A stretch of DNA of 61,415 nt, the filler included, from Basidioascus undulatus (taxonomy: Eukaryota): the NCBI GenBank assembly GCA_000826855.1. It is 11 parts of 11 records of this genome, joined end to end, with 100 filler letters (N's around TTAATTAATTAA, not from the genome) between each part and the next. Parts side by side here need not be neighbours in the genome. Positions count along the whole stretch, not along the records: positions 1 to 24,540 come from JTLS01000237.1; 10 more parts are not named here. The stretch is one strand, 5' to 3'. Each line of letters starts with the position of its first letter. Positions within the stretch are counted from its first letter, which is position 1. Made by a program: the position numbers and the translations under genes. A model generated the notes under the pieces. It saw only the letters and a list, made by a program, of their open reading frames with translations. It did no database searches and was not told the origin of the DNA. Shown piece by piece: positions 1-12,144 of the stretch.

Positions 1-1132
1 CGTGCCTGCGCACCCCCCGCGTCAGTGTCCATCTCCCAAGATACAACAGTACTACAAAAGGATGAGGGAGGAGAGGAAAGCGGAAAAGAAGACGCACCAA
101 GTCCCCGTTCCCCGGCGTCGAGTAGCCAGCTCGCCGGAGATGGTGCCGGCGAAGAAGGCGTCCTCCTCCGCGGGCGAGGCGAAGCACTCGATGCGCGGGG
201 TGGTGTGGTTGATGCCGCTGTACGTCACGACTGTTCAGTATCAGTCCGACGAGGAGAGGCAGAGATTGGAAATGGAGAGATGGAGGGAGAGGAGGGAGAG
301 GAGGGAGAGGAGGGAGCGGAGGAGGGGGAACGCACCGCGGGTCGAACCCGACTACGTCGTACTTGTTCTGGAAGAGGTCGCCGAGCTGCTTGCCGAACTG
401 CGGAACGGATTGAGGTGGGATTGACGGATTTGGGGATGAAGAAAGGGAGGAAGGGGGAAAAATAAAAGAGGGAGACGCGTACCCGGAACGTCGCGCCCGA
501 CCCTGAACCGCCGGGCCCGCCGGGGTTGATCTGTGACGCTCAGCGGGTGAGTGCGTTAGTGGGAAGCGGAAAAGATGTTTAGAGACGGACGAAGAGCGTC
601 CCGAGCCGCTCACTGGCGCCAAAAGTTGTGAGCAGTGAAGGGAGAGAGAGAGGGAGAGGGAGACGCACGACTTGGGCGCCGTTGCCCTGTACCGGCTCAA
701 AAAGATGCTGGCAGTCCTGTTGTCGGTAGGGTCGGTCCATACGAGGGGGACTCTGCGAGACCAAGCAGGGAGCGATCAGGGCATGAAGGAGAGAAGGCGG
801 AGGGAAGGGAGGGACGCACTCGAGTCGCCCACAGTCGAACCCCTCCTGGCCTGGCGCGCCGCAGGGCGCCCAGTGCATGTGGGTCGAGGAGGGCGGGTGG
901 GGATGGGGCTTGCGCGGGTGTCCAAGGAAGGGGATCTAGACATTCCAACGTATTAGGATCACAGCAAGGAGGGAAGTGTAGGGGACGGAAGACGCACGCC
1001 CGACCCGGTGCAGCAGGTGAGCAGCGTGTGCACCCCCAGCGCGAGGAGCGCCGCGAGGAGGAGGAGCATCCTGGCGCGGGACTTGGGTGGTTTAGAAAGC
1101 GGTGATGCCGCCGTGGGGTTTGGTAAGTCCAT
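1..1132 (-). CDS. TAP-like (tripeptidyl aminopeptidase-like) alpha/beta hydrolase, 5' part; multi-exon, runs off the window start
   Basis: Spliced translation: MDLPNP..., a hydrophobic segment LLLLAALLALGV, then HWAPC..FDCGRLE|VPLVWTDPTDNRTASIFLSRYRA..RLGTLFV|NPGGPGGSG..YDVVGFDPR|GINHTTPRIECF. NPGGPGGSG and GFDPRG are hallmark motifs of this family. Confidence 0.85.
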
Positions 1133-1329
1133 CTTGTGTGAGTTAGGAGTGAAGCGAGAGCGAGAGGGCAAGGAAGACGATAAGGGGGCTAGGTTTCACG
1201 TGTTTGAGAGACACTGCTTAGGGACACATCAACTCTCACGCTCGCAAGTTCTGCCTTCCCACTCTCGGCGCCTTGCCCCGCACGGTCATCCACATCCACC
1301 CGCCCACACCCAGACCACCTACCCATCCA

Positions 1330-1710
1330 ATGCCCGGCCCCTCCCGCCGCTCCCGCACGCACAAAGCCCAACGCGACGTGCACCGCGCCGCGCGCACGCG
1401 CGCCCGTACGCGGGACATCGACCAGATCCAGCTGGAGGACCTCACCATCCCCGGGCGGCGGGAACAGCTCCAAAACCAAGCGATCGCAGAGGACCTGCCC
1501 GGGCTGGGGCAGCACTACTGCGTCGAGTGCGCGCGCTACTTCGAGACGGGGGGCGCGCTCGAGAGCCACACCAAGACCAAGGTCCATAAGCGGCGGGTGA
1601 GGCTCCTCAAGGAGCCGGCTTATACACAGGAGGAGGCGGATCGGGCCGCGGGGCTGGGCGTGGATAAGAAGCAGCGGGGGCCGGCGGCGAAGATGGAGGC
1701 AGAGTCATAG
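1330..1710 (+). CDS. BUD20: C2H2 zinc finger ribosome biogenesis protein Bud20/ZNF593
   Basis: Intronless ORF containing RTRDIDQI..DLPGLGQHYCVECARYF..HTKTKVHKRRVRLLKEPAYTQEEA. Confidence 0.95.
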   Translation: MPGPSRRSRTHKAQRDVHRAARTRARTRDIDQIQLEDLTIPGRREQLQNQAIAEDLPGLGQHYCVECARYFETGGALESHTKTKVHKRRVRLLKEPAYTQEEADRAAGLGVDKKQRGPAAKMEAES

Positions 1711-3389
1711 GGTGAGTGCGCCCAGTCTCGTGGGCGGGTGGGACGCGCTTCTGATCCGTGCTGGTGGCGTCCACAGCGAACGCGCAGGGCTTTCTTTCCT
1801 TTTTTCTTCTTTTCTCGTGGGTCCGCCCTTGTACTATTAGCAGCACTCCATGCCACGCACACGCATACCCGCACAACCCGTCGTCTTGCCTGCGCGCGTG
1901 CGCTCACCGACTTCCAGGCCTGTCGATCGCCTCTCTTCTCGAGATCTCTCTGCTCACCTGAATTTTTCCCGTCGTCGAGCGTTCTTCGTCTCCTCGGCCT
2001 TTTGCTCGCCCGCGCACGCATAGCGAACCCTCTCGCCGCCGACCTAATCGTCTCCTCACTGATCTCCGCCTCGATCAAACGCTTCCTTCTCCTCCCGAGG
2101 CCCGCCCGGGATCCACACACGCTCCTTTCGGTCCCCTCTGCGCATGACATGAGCGAGCCTCCTCCACTCTCCGTCGCATTCCCCGCAAATACCTCCACCC
2201 GCGTCCCATCTGCCCTCCGCCTTCTTCCATCCCTTCCCTGTCGCACGGCCCCCACCGCACCCCTCTCATGCCACCCCGCCTCTGTGTGCCCGCCCGCCGA
2301 CTCCTTCGGGCTGTCGAGCGTTCGCGCGCCAGCTCCGCTCTGAACTTCTCTGCATACGCTGAACGGAATGACGGGTCAAACGCCGCTGCTCTGCGCACGC
2401 CGCATACCCGTCCCTTCGCCCTGCCGCTTCCCACCCACCCTCATCCGCGAGGCGTGTGCCTTCTGGAAAGGGAAAAGCGGCGACTGCCAGGCGATGTCTA
2501 GGGGGGAAGGGAGGGCGCGTGGACGAGATCGGCAGGACATAGAGTGGGCGCGCGCGGGAGGGGGCCGTGGGAGCTCTGGAGAGAGCTCGAGAGAGCATCA
2601 GTGTGTGTGGGGTGTAGGGCTCCCTGGGCAATGCAATTGTTATGTGCCGGGTCCTTTCCTCCGCATCATCCCCCGTCCCCCGCGCATCCGTAACCGTACC
2701 ACAAAAACTGTATCATGCACACCTGACCGATCCGCTTAATGGAGGGGCTCAAAGCTCCAGCTGAGCTGCAGGGAAGGTCGGGGAAGGCGGAGCTCCACAG
2801 ATTGACTTGCAACGTTAAACTGGGTGGGTTGTCTGCAAGACGAACGAGTCAGAGGCATTTCCTCCGTGATCCGTGGGCACAAACACGGTCCAGGGGTGGA
2901 AATCTTGCGTGGATGGGGACACGCGCTGGCACTGCTCTCTGCCTCGCTTTCTTTTCTTCTGATCCAGGAAATGTGCCTTATGGCAAAGAATGGAGAACGC
3001 TGTGCAGTTCCTGCCTGACTTCCTTGCACAGCTGGACGTGGATCACACAATTTCGTACGTGCAGTCTCAGCAAATTCACTGAGCTTCGGCCTTCGGGGGA
3101 TGTTTGTGCAGCATTCTAGAAGCATTTTCTATTGGGCTGCTGAGGTTCATGTCGGAGATGCGGCAGAGAGGGCTAGGTCTCCTAGTCCAGGACAACTCCC
3201 GGGGCAGCTGTACACTGTCTGTCTGTCTGTGAGAGAAAACAAGACACTTTCTGTTGGTGAGGTGGCAGGAACACACTCCCATCGATCCGGGACTGTGGCG
3301 GTTTTCCTGTCCCGGCAGGTTTTGTGCCTCCCTGGTTCAAGGATGGCCTGGTGGTGGTGGACTGTCTTGGCTGAGAGTTTACATTACAG

Positions 3390-3685
3390 TAAAAACTGTC
3401 CTTGGCTGAAAGATAGTCCGTGGCTTGAGGACTGTCCTTGACTGGGGGCCAGTTCTTCGCAGAGGGATAGTCCTTGACAGGAGGAGACAGGAGAACTGTC
3501 CTTAAGTGGAAAAAAGTGTTTGGTTGAAAGACAGTCCATTGTTGAGGGACTGTCCTTGGCTGAGGGACTGTCCTTGGCTGAGGGACTGTCCTTGGCTGAA
3601 GGACTGGCCTTGGCTGAAGGCTGTCGTGGAGTGAGGGTCTGTCCTGGAGTGAGGGACAGTCCTTGAGTGAGGGATAGTCCTTACA
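3390..3685. repeat. 18-bp tandem array, consensus GAGGGACTGTCCTTGGCT
   Basis: Near-perfect copies at 3543-3620 with degenerate copies on both sides. Reads as QGQSLS repeats on the minus strand. Confidence 0.9.
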
Positions 3686-4329
3686 GCACTTTGCAAAAAG
3701 GTTGCTGAGTGCGCATCAGCCTGGGAGGGGGCTGAGGCACCCTGCCAGCCCAAGTTTGGGTGGGAATCCATGCCAGAGCTCTGTGCATCCTTGTCATGTC
3801 CTGGGCCTCTTCCTCTATTTCCCTTGTTTTTGCTAGCAGTAGCTTGTATTTCTTGATAAGCTTATAGACCACTCATACATCAATAAATTGTCCTGTGATC
3901 AGAACTGCTGTGTCTGCAACTGCTTTGCACCACAGCAAATGTGTTAGGTCCTGCTTCTGTCTCACTTGCTGCAGCCGGCTGAGAAGGGGCTGCATAGGCA
4001 GCCAATAATGTGCTTGGCTCAGACAAGGAGATCAAGGCAATCACTCTCACACATCCTCAATGGTCTACTGCTCGATATTGGAAGGTGAGAAGCTTGTGGC
4101 TGTCAAATTTGCCTTTGACAGCATGCTGTTGGAGTGTGTTCTTCACATCCTCAACATCTTGGTCCACTTTTGAGTGGGCTTTTGACAACTACTTGAGCAC
4201 AGGGTCTGTCAACAAAGCCTCAGATACGCTTGTTCAGTGCTGCAGGAGACCTCAGGTGCTTTCAAACTTCAAATCAGACTTTCTCAACAGTCAGGTGTGA
4301 ATTGAACTGCCTTGTCACCTTGCTGATCT

Positions 4330-4895
4330 TCTGGAGGCCTTCAACAAAGGCATCTCCACCTCCACCATATTTCAGGATGTCATCACCCACGCCAGCTTCT
4401 AAAAGATGAAACTTTCAATTGCTGCTGCCAAGCATGATGAGGTGAAGCATGCCACATTCTGGGGGGAGTATCAGCAGTACTACAAGCCTTGGCAGATTCT
4501 CTTGGGGGACAACATGAGCTGTGACAGGAGGAATCTTTGGGATGTCTATGGGAGAGCTCTGACTGGTGCGCAGGTGACCATGAACAGTTTTACACCTCAG
4601 CAAGCGATTCTCTGTGCTACCCATGATGGCCCATGATGGCATGCTTGCCTGTGACATTGTTCAGGGCTTGATTAACTCTGATGAGTTGTACCGCTTCTAG
4701 ATCGAGGAGTCCTGTCACTCATGAACCCCTGCCCCCTTGATAAGTCTGTCCTCCTGCTTGACAATGTGTCAATCCACAAGACAGATGAGGTCATTGAGCT
4801 TGTGCACTTGTACAGCTGCCACATTCTCTTCCTTGCCCCCTACAACTCAGACTTTCAGCCAGCTCCAGAGCTGGCATTCTCAGCCATCAACGATG
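4330..4895 (+). pseudogene. Tc1/mariner-IS630 (DDE_3-type) transposase remnant
   Basis: Fragments YKPWQILLGDNMSCDRRNLWDVYGRAL and MNPCPLDKSVLLLDNVSIHK..HILFLAPYNSDFQPAPELAFS match the DN..IH / LPPYSPDFNPIE motifs. Stops and frameshifts are present. Confidence 0.85.
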
Positions 4896-5101
4896 CTTAC
4901 TTGAGCTTGACCCTCTTCTCCTCTATCCCCCCAAACCCAGCGTTGTTTCTCGTGAATGGAAGCAAGCAGAGATTGGGGAACTGGATGTACTTTTCTCCTC
5001 CTCCTGCCTCTTGTCCTTCTTCTTCAACCTCCTACTCATGACCTCCTTTGTGACGAACACCATCTCCATCTTGCACTTGACACAATGAACAATGAACACA
5101 A

Positions 5102-5260
5102 TTCTCCATGTGGTGGACAGAGTGTCCACCAGATGGACCAGGTTTCCACTCAATGGACACAGCATCCACTTGATGGACAGAATGTTACCCAACAGACAGA
5201 TTGTCCATGTGCTGGACAAGATTCTCCACTTGACAGACTGAGTGTCCACCTGATAAGATA
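5102..5260. repeat. About eight ~20-bp imperfect palindromic units (TCCACnnGATGGAC-like)
   Basis: Units include tctccatgtggtggacag, tgtccaccagatggacc, tttccactcaatggacac, catccacttgatggacag and tgtccatgtgctggacaa. Confidence 0.75.
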
Positions 5261-7191
5261 TATTCTCCATGGGCTGGTTTTTGTGTTTTTGTGATGGTAA
5301 CTTTGTTAAAAGAGTATACTTTCTATCCACAACTACCTTTGTTAATCTTGAGGTCTTACATTGCACTGAGAGTATGGATCCTGCTTTTTATTTATTTGCA
5401 GTGGTTGCAAGCTAAGATATTTTCCATGGGTTCAATTTGTCCCTCTTTCTGAAAAGCTCCAAGAACATGTACTACTCCTGGCAGAGTATCTTTGCTGCAA
5501 ATGTGCTCTCCAAACTGTTGTGAACTCTAAGGATCTCTATGGTACCTCATTGTCCGTAAGACCGCTCATATTGACGATATTCTGAATCTTACAGTGATGG
5601 ACAATCAAATAAAAGCTTTGCTGAATTTTAGTGACTGCTTCGCTTGCTTTTAGACCCTTTGAAATACATGAAATAACTCCTTTAGGGTGTGCCCAGGATG
5701 GCCAGAGCTGATTCTTTATTTTCCAAAAATTTGCAAAAATCGCTCAACTTTTGGCCACCTGAGGTTTACTATTGAACCCTAGTATTGTACTATTGAAACC
5801 TACTATTGAAGGGACACCGGCGCTGCAGATGTCCTCTCGCAGCACTGATCATAACCAAATAAGCTCTTTTCATACACATATCCACACTGCCTTATATTTA
5901 CTGTCCCATTATCCCACCATGCAACCTGGAAGTCCTAAAAAGCCACATATTCCCTGCAAGCTTAATGACCTGTGACAGTGCATGTTGCAGCCCTTTTTGA
6001 CGTTTGCCACAGCTCCACTGAATTGGTCACTGATGACATCCAGTTTATGGAGAGAGAATATAGAAAGTAATCTGGTCTGCAAAACGAGGTCTATATACCG
6101 TCATGTCAACTCTCCGATGCTTGGAACAAAGAGAAACACTGTAACAAGGTTTGAACACCGAGTTTCATGCACGAGCAATGTCCATCTGCAACATCTGGGC
6201 CACCATTAATTTACATCAAGTGTCTTCATTTTGCCCATAACCGATGTAGAAGCGTTTTCCTTGACCATGGCCTTACTTTAGTGGGCCTTCCTGACCTTTG
6301 GGTCTAGCCGGCGGTCCCCCAGGGATCACCGAGGGAGTCTACTAATTTTGGCCACCAGATTTTGGCCACCCCTAGTGTCCGTACAGGCCTCGGGAGGGGT
6401 CCTAGAAGGCTTTATATTGCTTAAAACATATAAATACTTTCTTGTTGGTTGTCAAAGCACTCTGGAAAGGTGGAGAGAGGTTTGCGACATTTGTCGTGTT
6501 TGAGTGTCTAGCACTTTACGCAGATTGAGAGCTCGGCGGTAACTTGCCGTTACTGGGTTGAAAGTTAACGAGTCGCAGTTGGCCACATCACTCTCAGCGC
6601 TCTTTCCGGTCGCTTTCCGCCGCACCATCACCAAAGTCTAACCACTGAAGTGGTGCTTCAGCTCCCATTCCTTTCGATAACACCTATCGCTCTGACCGGC
6701 TTCCACCCAATGCGCGGTCACGGGCACTCTTCGGTTCCAGCGGGGCCCGTTCCCGGGGCCCCGCCAAGTTCATCTTCTCCCTTGCCTCCGCGATCTGCAG
6801 CGGGGAAGTCGCTCGTACCAGTGTCGAATCAAATCGTCTGTCCCACCTCCAGTCGCACTTGCAGGCACTTGCACGATTGAATGGAACCGGCAACAGTGGA
6901 TGAACGGAGAGTTATCGTAAGCGACGGCTGTGCGGGGTGCATCATTGGGCGAAGCGAAGCCGTCACTTGCACCTCCACTCCCTTATCGTGTGGGCTGATG
7001 GTTCCTCCTCTGCGTGCCGTGCCTTCCCGGAAACCTACACACCGGCAAGAGAATCTTTATACGCCTCCCCCGTTCCATCTTGAACCGGCACCATCATCAT
7101 CCCAAGCAGTCCTCACGTACTTTCGCTCCTCACCCACTTACCCACTCACTCGTCTCACCTCCTCACCTCCTCGATCACATTCGCCTCGATC

Positions 7192-9921
7192 ATGGTCCGC
7201 AACTGGAAAGACATCGCCGAGTCGGAGCGCGCCAAGCTTAAGGCATCAATTCCCGACTCGCTGCGGCTCTCGGAGGAGGTCCTCAAGAACCTTCCCCTGG
7301 ACGTGTCGAACGTTCCCGAGACATGCGGTCTCCTCACCAAGGAGCAGATCGAGCTCACCCAGCTGGACGCGACCGAGCTCCGCGACCGCATTGCGAGCGG
7401 CAAGGTCACGGCCGTCGAGGCCGTGAAAGCGATCGGTGGGCGGGCGGCCATTGCGCAGCAGCTGGTAAGGACCCTCGCTGCTTTGAACCGCTTTGGAACA
7501 TGCTGACCGATCCCCTACACTGAGCGGTTTCCAGACTGCCCCGCTTACTGAGCTCTTCCTGGACGAGGCGATCAAGCAGGCCGAGCAACTCGATGCCCAT
7601 TTCAAGCAAACCGGCAAGGTTGTCGGCCCGCTTCACGGTCTTCCCATTTCCATCAAGGTGCATAGCTGCCCTTTCCTTCCCTGCAGACTTGACCCAGCCG
7701 CCGCTCACGTATCGTTCTCCATTGTTGCACAGAACCAAATCGCCATCAAGGGCCATGACACTGCGTCGAGCTTCACCTCCTGGGTGGGCAAGATGGTGAG
7801 CGCGCGCTTGTTTAATGAAGTGGGACCCCAAGCTGATGCGAATTTTGTTCCGTAGATCGCTGAGGAGGACTCCGCCGTCGTCCGCATTCTCCGCGAGGCG
7901 GGAGCGGTCTTCTACTGCGAGACCAACATGCCGTGAGTCGCTCTCGTACAAGATGTTGGAACTGTCTGCAAAAGGTCTGATTCGTGTGTTGCGGCACTGG
8001 CAGTCAGACTATCATGGTATGCGTTATGGCATTTCGATGTCAGCGATATCGCTAGCTCACCGCAACGCCTCCTGCAGCACCTCGAGACCAACAGCTACAT
8101 GGGCCGGACGGTCAACCCTTACAACACTGGTGCGTCTGAGTCAGAATCAGACTCACTTGGTACAATTTTCGGTTTACACGTGTTGCGCAGGTCTTGCGGC
8201 CGGTGGCTCTTCGGGTGGCGAGAGCAGCTTGATCGCGATGAAGGGCTCTCCCCTCGGTGTGGGCAGTACGTAGCCGCCATCCGTCTTATAAGCCCCAGCG
8301 GTGCTAAAGCAACCTTTCATCAGCCGACATCGGCGGCTCTGTTCGCTCTCCTGCGGCTGCTTGCGGTCTTTACTCTCTCCGCCCTACTGGTACGTTGAAG
8401 CTGAAAGCATGCTGCAGTAACGACTGCGAAGCTCACTCGTCTTCTCATTTCAGCATACCGTGTTCCGTATGGTGGGATCTATGCTGTGAGCCCTCTTGAG
8501 TCTCCTCAATCCCTTTCCACCGCGCCCTAATGCCCGAGGTACTATACAGTCATGCGCCGGCGCCGAGACCGTCCTCTCTGTCGCCGGACCTCTCGCCCGC
8601 TCCGCCCGCGATGTGGTCCTCTTCATGAGCACTGTGCTCGCTGCGCAGCCGTGGCTCGTCGACCCGCTCATCGTCGAGCTGCCTTGGCGTCCCGCCGAGG
8701 AGCCGGCGAAGCTCCGCGTCGGTGTTCTCCGTCACAACGGCTTCGTCCAGCTGCAGCCGCCGCTCCGCCGCGCCCTCGACACTGTGTACGCTGCCTCGTG
8801 CTTGAGAGCGTCCGTTGAGGATGATCAAAGACTGACTTGACATGCTCGCATGCTGCAGTGTTGAGAAGATTCGCGACAAGGAGGGCATCGAGATCGTTGA
8901 GTACGAGCCCTACAAGCACGATGAAGGGTTGGACATCGTCCGCTCGCTCTACTTCGTGAGTAGCTCTTTTGGTACAGTCACAGGATTCCGCCTCATTGAC
9001 AAATTTCATATCTGTTCACAGGTTGATGGTGCCAAGGACGTCAAGAGCATCCTGGCGGCTTCTGAGGAGCCCGCTCACCCGCTCACGCAGTGGGTTCTCG
9101 ACAGTGCGTGTTCCAGGTCCAGCCTAATCGCTGTCAGAGTGTCACTGAAACCTTACTCGTCTTTCCTCGATAGACCCTCTCGTCAAGGAGCACGACATTC
9201 AGCAGTTGTGGAGTGCGTCCGCATCTTTTTCTCCGCAATTTCGCGCCAATGCTCACCTGCGCCTTCACAGAGCTCTGCCTTCGTCGTGATGCCTACCGCA
9301 CCGAATATCGTCAGCACTGGAAAAAGGTGAGGTCTTACCAAGGCTCTCATTCAAGACTGATGCACGCTGACTGTTTCTGCCACCGCAGTTCAACATCGAT
9401 GTGCTGTTGTGCCCCGTGGGGCCTGGGCCTGCTCCCGCGCACGACACCGCGAAGTACTGGGGTGAGCACTTCTGAGATCAGCGGCCAGGATTTCATGCTC
9501 ACCGCCATTGTCCTTCTGCTTTTCCCCGCAGGATACACCGCGCAGTGGAACCTGGTGAGTGGCTGCGTCTGCTTGTGAACTGTGAAACGCGCATTCTGAT
9601 ATGACTCCAACCCATCCAGCTCGACTACCCCGCAGCCGTCTTCCCAACCGGGATCCGCGCATCCGCTAAGCTCGACCCGGTGGACGCCAACTTCAAGTCG
9701 TTGTCCGACGACGACCAGATCAACCACGATGCTTGTAAGCCTTCAATGCCCCTCACCGCTAGCGGAACTGTTCAGAACTGACTGTTTTATATTTCCCTGC
9801 TTCAGACAAGCCGGAGCTGTTTGAGAACGCGCCGCTCTCGCTCCAGCTTGTTGCGACTCGCTGGGGCGACGAGCGCCTCATGGCGGCTGTTCAGAAGATC
9901 GACCGCATCAACCGGGCTTGA
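7192..9921 (+). CDS. Amidase signature family enzyme (acetamidase/AmdS-like), many introns
   Basis: MVRNWKDIA..DATELRDRIASGKVTAVE, GPLHGLPISIK, GGSSGGE, DIGGSVRSPA, GYTAQWNL|LDYPAAVFP and C-terminal APLSLQLVA..DERL..RA*. Confidence 0.93.
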
Positions 9922-10385
9922 AGAAAAGGATATCGACGGGTTGATGACTTGAATGATACTCCAAACGATGATTTTGATACCAATGCAATCTGCGAATCGC
10001 TCGGCCAGGGGCTGCTTGGTCTGTCCGCACGGAGAGCCGCCCACGAGATGGCACTCCCAAACCTCCTGGTCTTGGTGGAATCTGTATACTTCCTTTGGCC
10101 CTTCATTTTCAGAAAGAAAGAAGGGCGATGCCTCACTGTCGCAGGAGAAGCCAACTGTCTGTATGGGCTCCGCAAGTCCATGTGGTGCACGGTCGCGACG
10201 ACGCCAACTTCTCGGTCGAACGCTGTCAAGCTTCACTTCCAGCCGTTCACGGCTCTTCCTCCGACCACCATCATCTCCCCTCCTTGTCTCTGAATTGACC
10301 ACATCTTGTTTGTGAGCTTGACTTTTCCTACAAAGTTTACCGCATGACTCTTTGTTGAATATTACATCTTTCGCAGATCACCGCC

Positions 10386-11720
10386 ATGTTCCCGCTCCTC
10401 AGCCTTCCGACCGAGCTGGTCGAGCTGGTCGTCTCTCACTCGCCTGGACGCTTCTCCCTCGTCTCGCGCGGGCTGCGCTCATTGGCTTTGCCTCATCTCT
10501 TCTCGGGCACGCTCTACCTCGACGAAAGCTACATGCTGCCCAAGCGGTCTCCATTCACCTCTCGGCGTCGACTTCTTACGGCCAACCCGATGTTGGCTCG
10601 TCTGATTCGGTGCGTACCCTCGTCAGGGGTGGACGTCCGCCCTTGCTGACGCTCAGACGTTAGTTCCGTGGAATTGCGCTATGTTCTACCCCCCCCCAGG
10701 CACCCTTTCGAGGCAGACGTCTTCGACGCGTTGACGCGTCTCCGCTTGCTCCGCTTTCTTCGCGTCGCCGTCGATCTCGGCGCGCCTGATCTTTACGCAC
10801 CGTACATCGACCGGAGGCCAGACAACTCCGACGTCTTTGAAGGGCTCGCTCGTCTCTTCCGCGTCGTGAAAAACCTCTCTCGCTTGAGATCTCTCGCACT
10901 CGAGCTCGAAACCCGCGGAGCGCTCTCCGCTCTCCGCGCTCCCGTCGGCCTCACTGGCCTGCTCCGACTCGAGCTCTCATGGTACTACGATGATACTATT
11001 GTCTCATCGGTGTCGCCCCCTACAGGTGTGTCGCCGACGATGACTTCTCCAACTCTTCTTGCGATCATTGTACCTTCTTTACGAACGCTGCACACCCTCC
11101 ACCTCCGTCTTCCTTCTTCGAGCCGCCTCTATGTGCCTGACCTGGCGTCCGCAAGTCTTATCGATCTTAAACTCGACTTCTCAGATGGTACAGAATGCCA
11201 CATATACGGCATCTGCAACTCATTTCCAAACCTGACGCGTCTTGCGCTACTGTTCGGGAACTTCGAGGCACCCCTTTCGTGGCGAGTACGTATGTCCCTG
11301 TGCACATATCCTGCGCAGCACGACTGATTCTTCCATCATTGAACCGTACAGGACTCGCTGGTCGGGCAGCTCGCGTGTCTGAAAGACCTCGCCTTCCTCC
11401 GCACCAACTTCGATCTGGACGCACCGGCTGGCGACCCCCTCCCGCTCGTCCCGCTCATCAAATTGCACGGCTTCGATGAATGGAACACGCGCTCGCTTGC
11501 GCGCCAGCAGACCGTCAGCGTGCTGATCGCGCGTGCGCTGCCCAAGCTCGAGGTCATCTCGTGGGCGCGTCCGGTGGTCGAGGAGTGTTTGGACGACCTC
11601 GAGTTGGACGATGGCGACGAGCGTTATTCGGACGCGTACATCGTGCGCCGGGGTGGAGACGGTCGGATCACTCATCAGAGGGGCACATGGGAGGACCTCG
11701 TTCTGCGGGATGAGAGCTGA
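10386..11720 (+). CDS. F-box-like / LRR-like protein, two predicted introns
   Basis: N-terminus LLSLPTELVELVV..FSLVSRGLRSLALPHLF, followed by leucine-rich repeats (LSRLRSLAL, FPNLTRLAL, LPKLEVISW). Confidence 0.7.
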
Positions 11721-12144
11721 TGGTAGCACTGGGAGTAGCGCGCATATACCCCTTTCGGGCTTCTCTTTTGCTGAACCTTTCGCGCTATCATTGCCCATAT
11801 ATTTTTGGCGACCAAAAACCCCGTAAGTTCTGCGCAAGCACGGCAAAGATCCACTGCGTCAAGTGTGCCGCAGTCCGCATTGTCGTAAATGACGACAGTC
11901 GTCTCGCAAGTTGTCGCTCGAGGAGTTTTAAACGGTTGAAATGCAAACAACTTTTTTGTGTTGTAATCTTCGAATGCAAATGGAACACGTTTCGAGGGAA
12001 ACTTGGAGCGAAGCAAGCTGTGGTCTCAGCGTTGTCGGGTAGTATCTGCCAGGGGTGTGTCCACGTAGCATGATGCGCAGCACGATGATTTTATGAATGT
12101 TCAGCTTATCACCCTCTAGGCATTCAGAGTATAACGAGTAGCAT

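Larger units (their letters stand above)
2700..6400. mobile_element. Degenerate transposon-rich block, CpG-depleted; boundaries approximate
   Basis: Abrupt drop in GC and CpG with excess TG/CA compared with the flanking genes. Contains a transposase remnant and tandem arrays. Confidence 0.7.

Noticed and set aside
1760..2598. Possible minus-strand gene starting MLSRALSRAP
   Set aside because: It would need several frameshifts and shows no recognisable homology, so it cannot be supported as a feature.
3270..3330. Minus-strand PAGTGK as a Walker A motif of a helicase
   Set aside because: It is followed by P rather than T/S, and there are no supporting downstream motifs.
3390..5260. Tandem palindromic arrays as CRISPR arrays
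   Set aside because: There are no unique spacers and no cas genes, and the context is eukaryotic.
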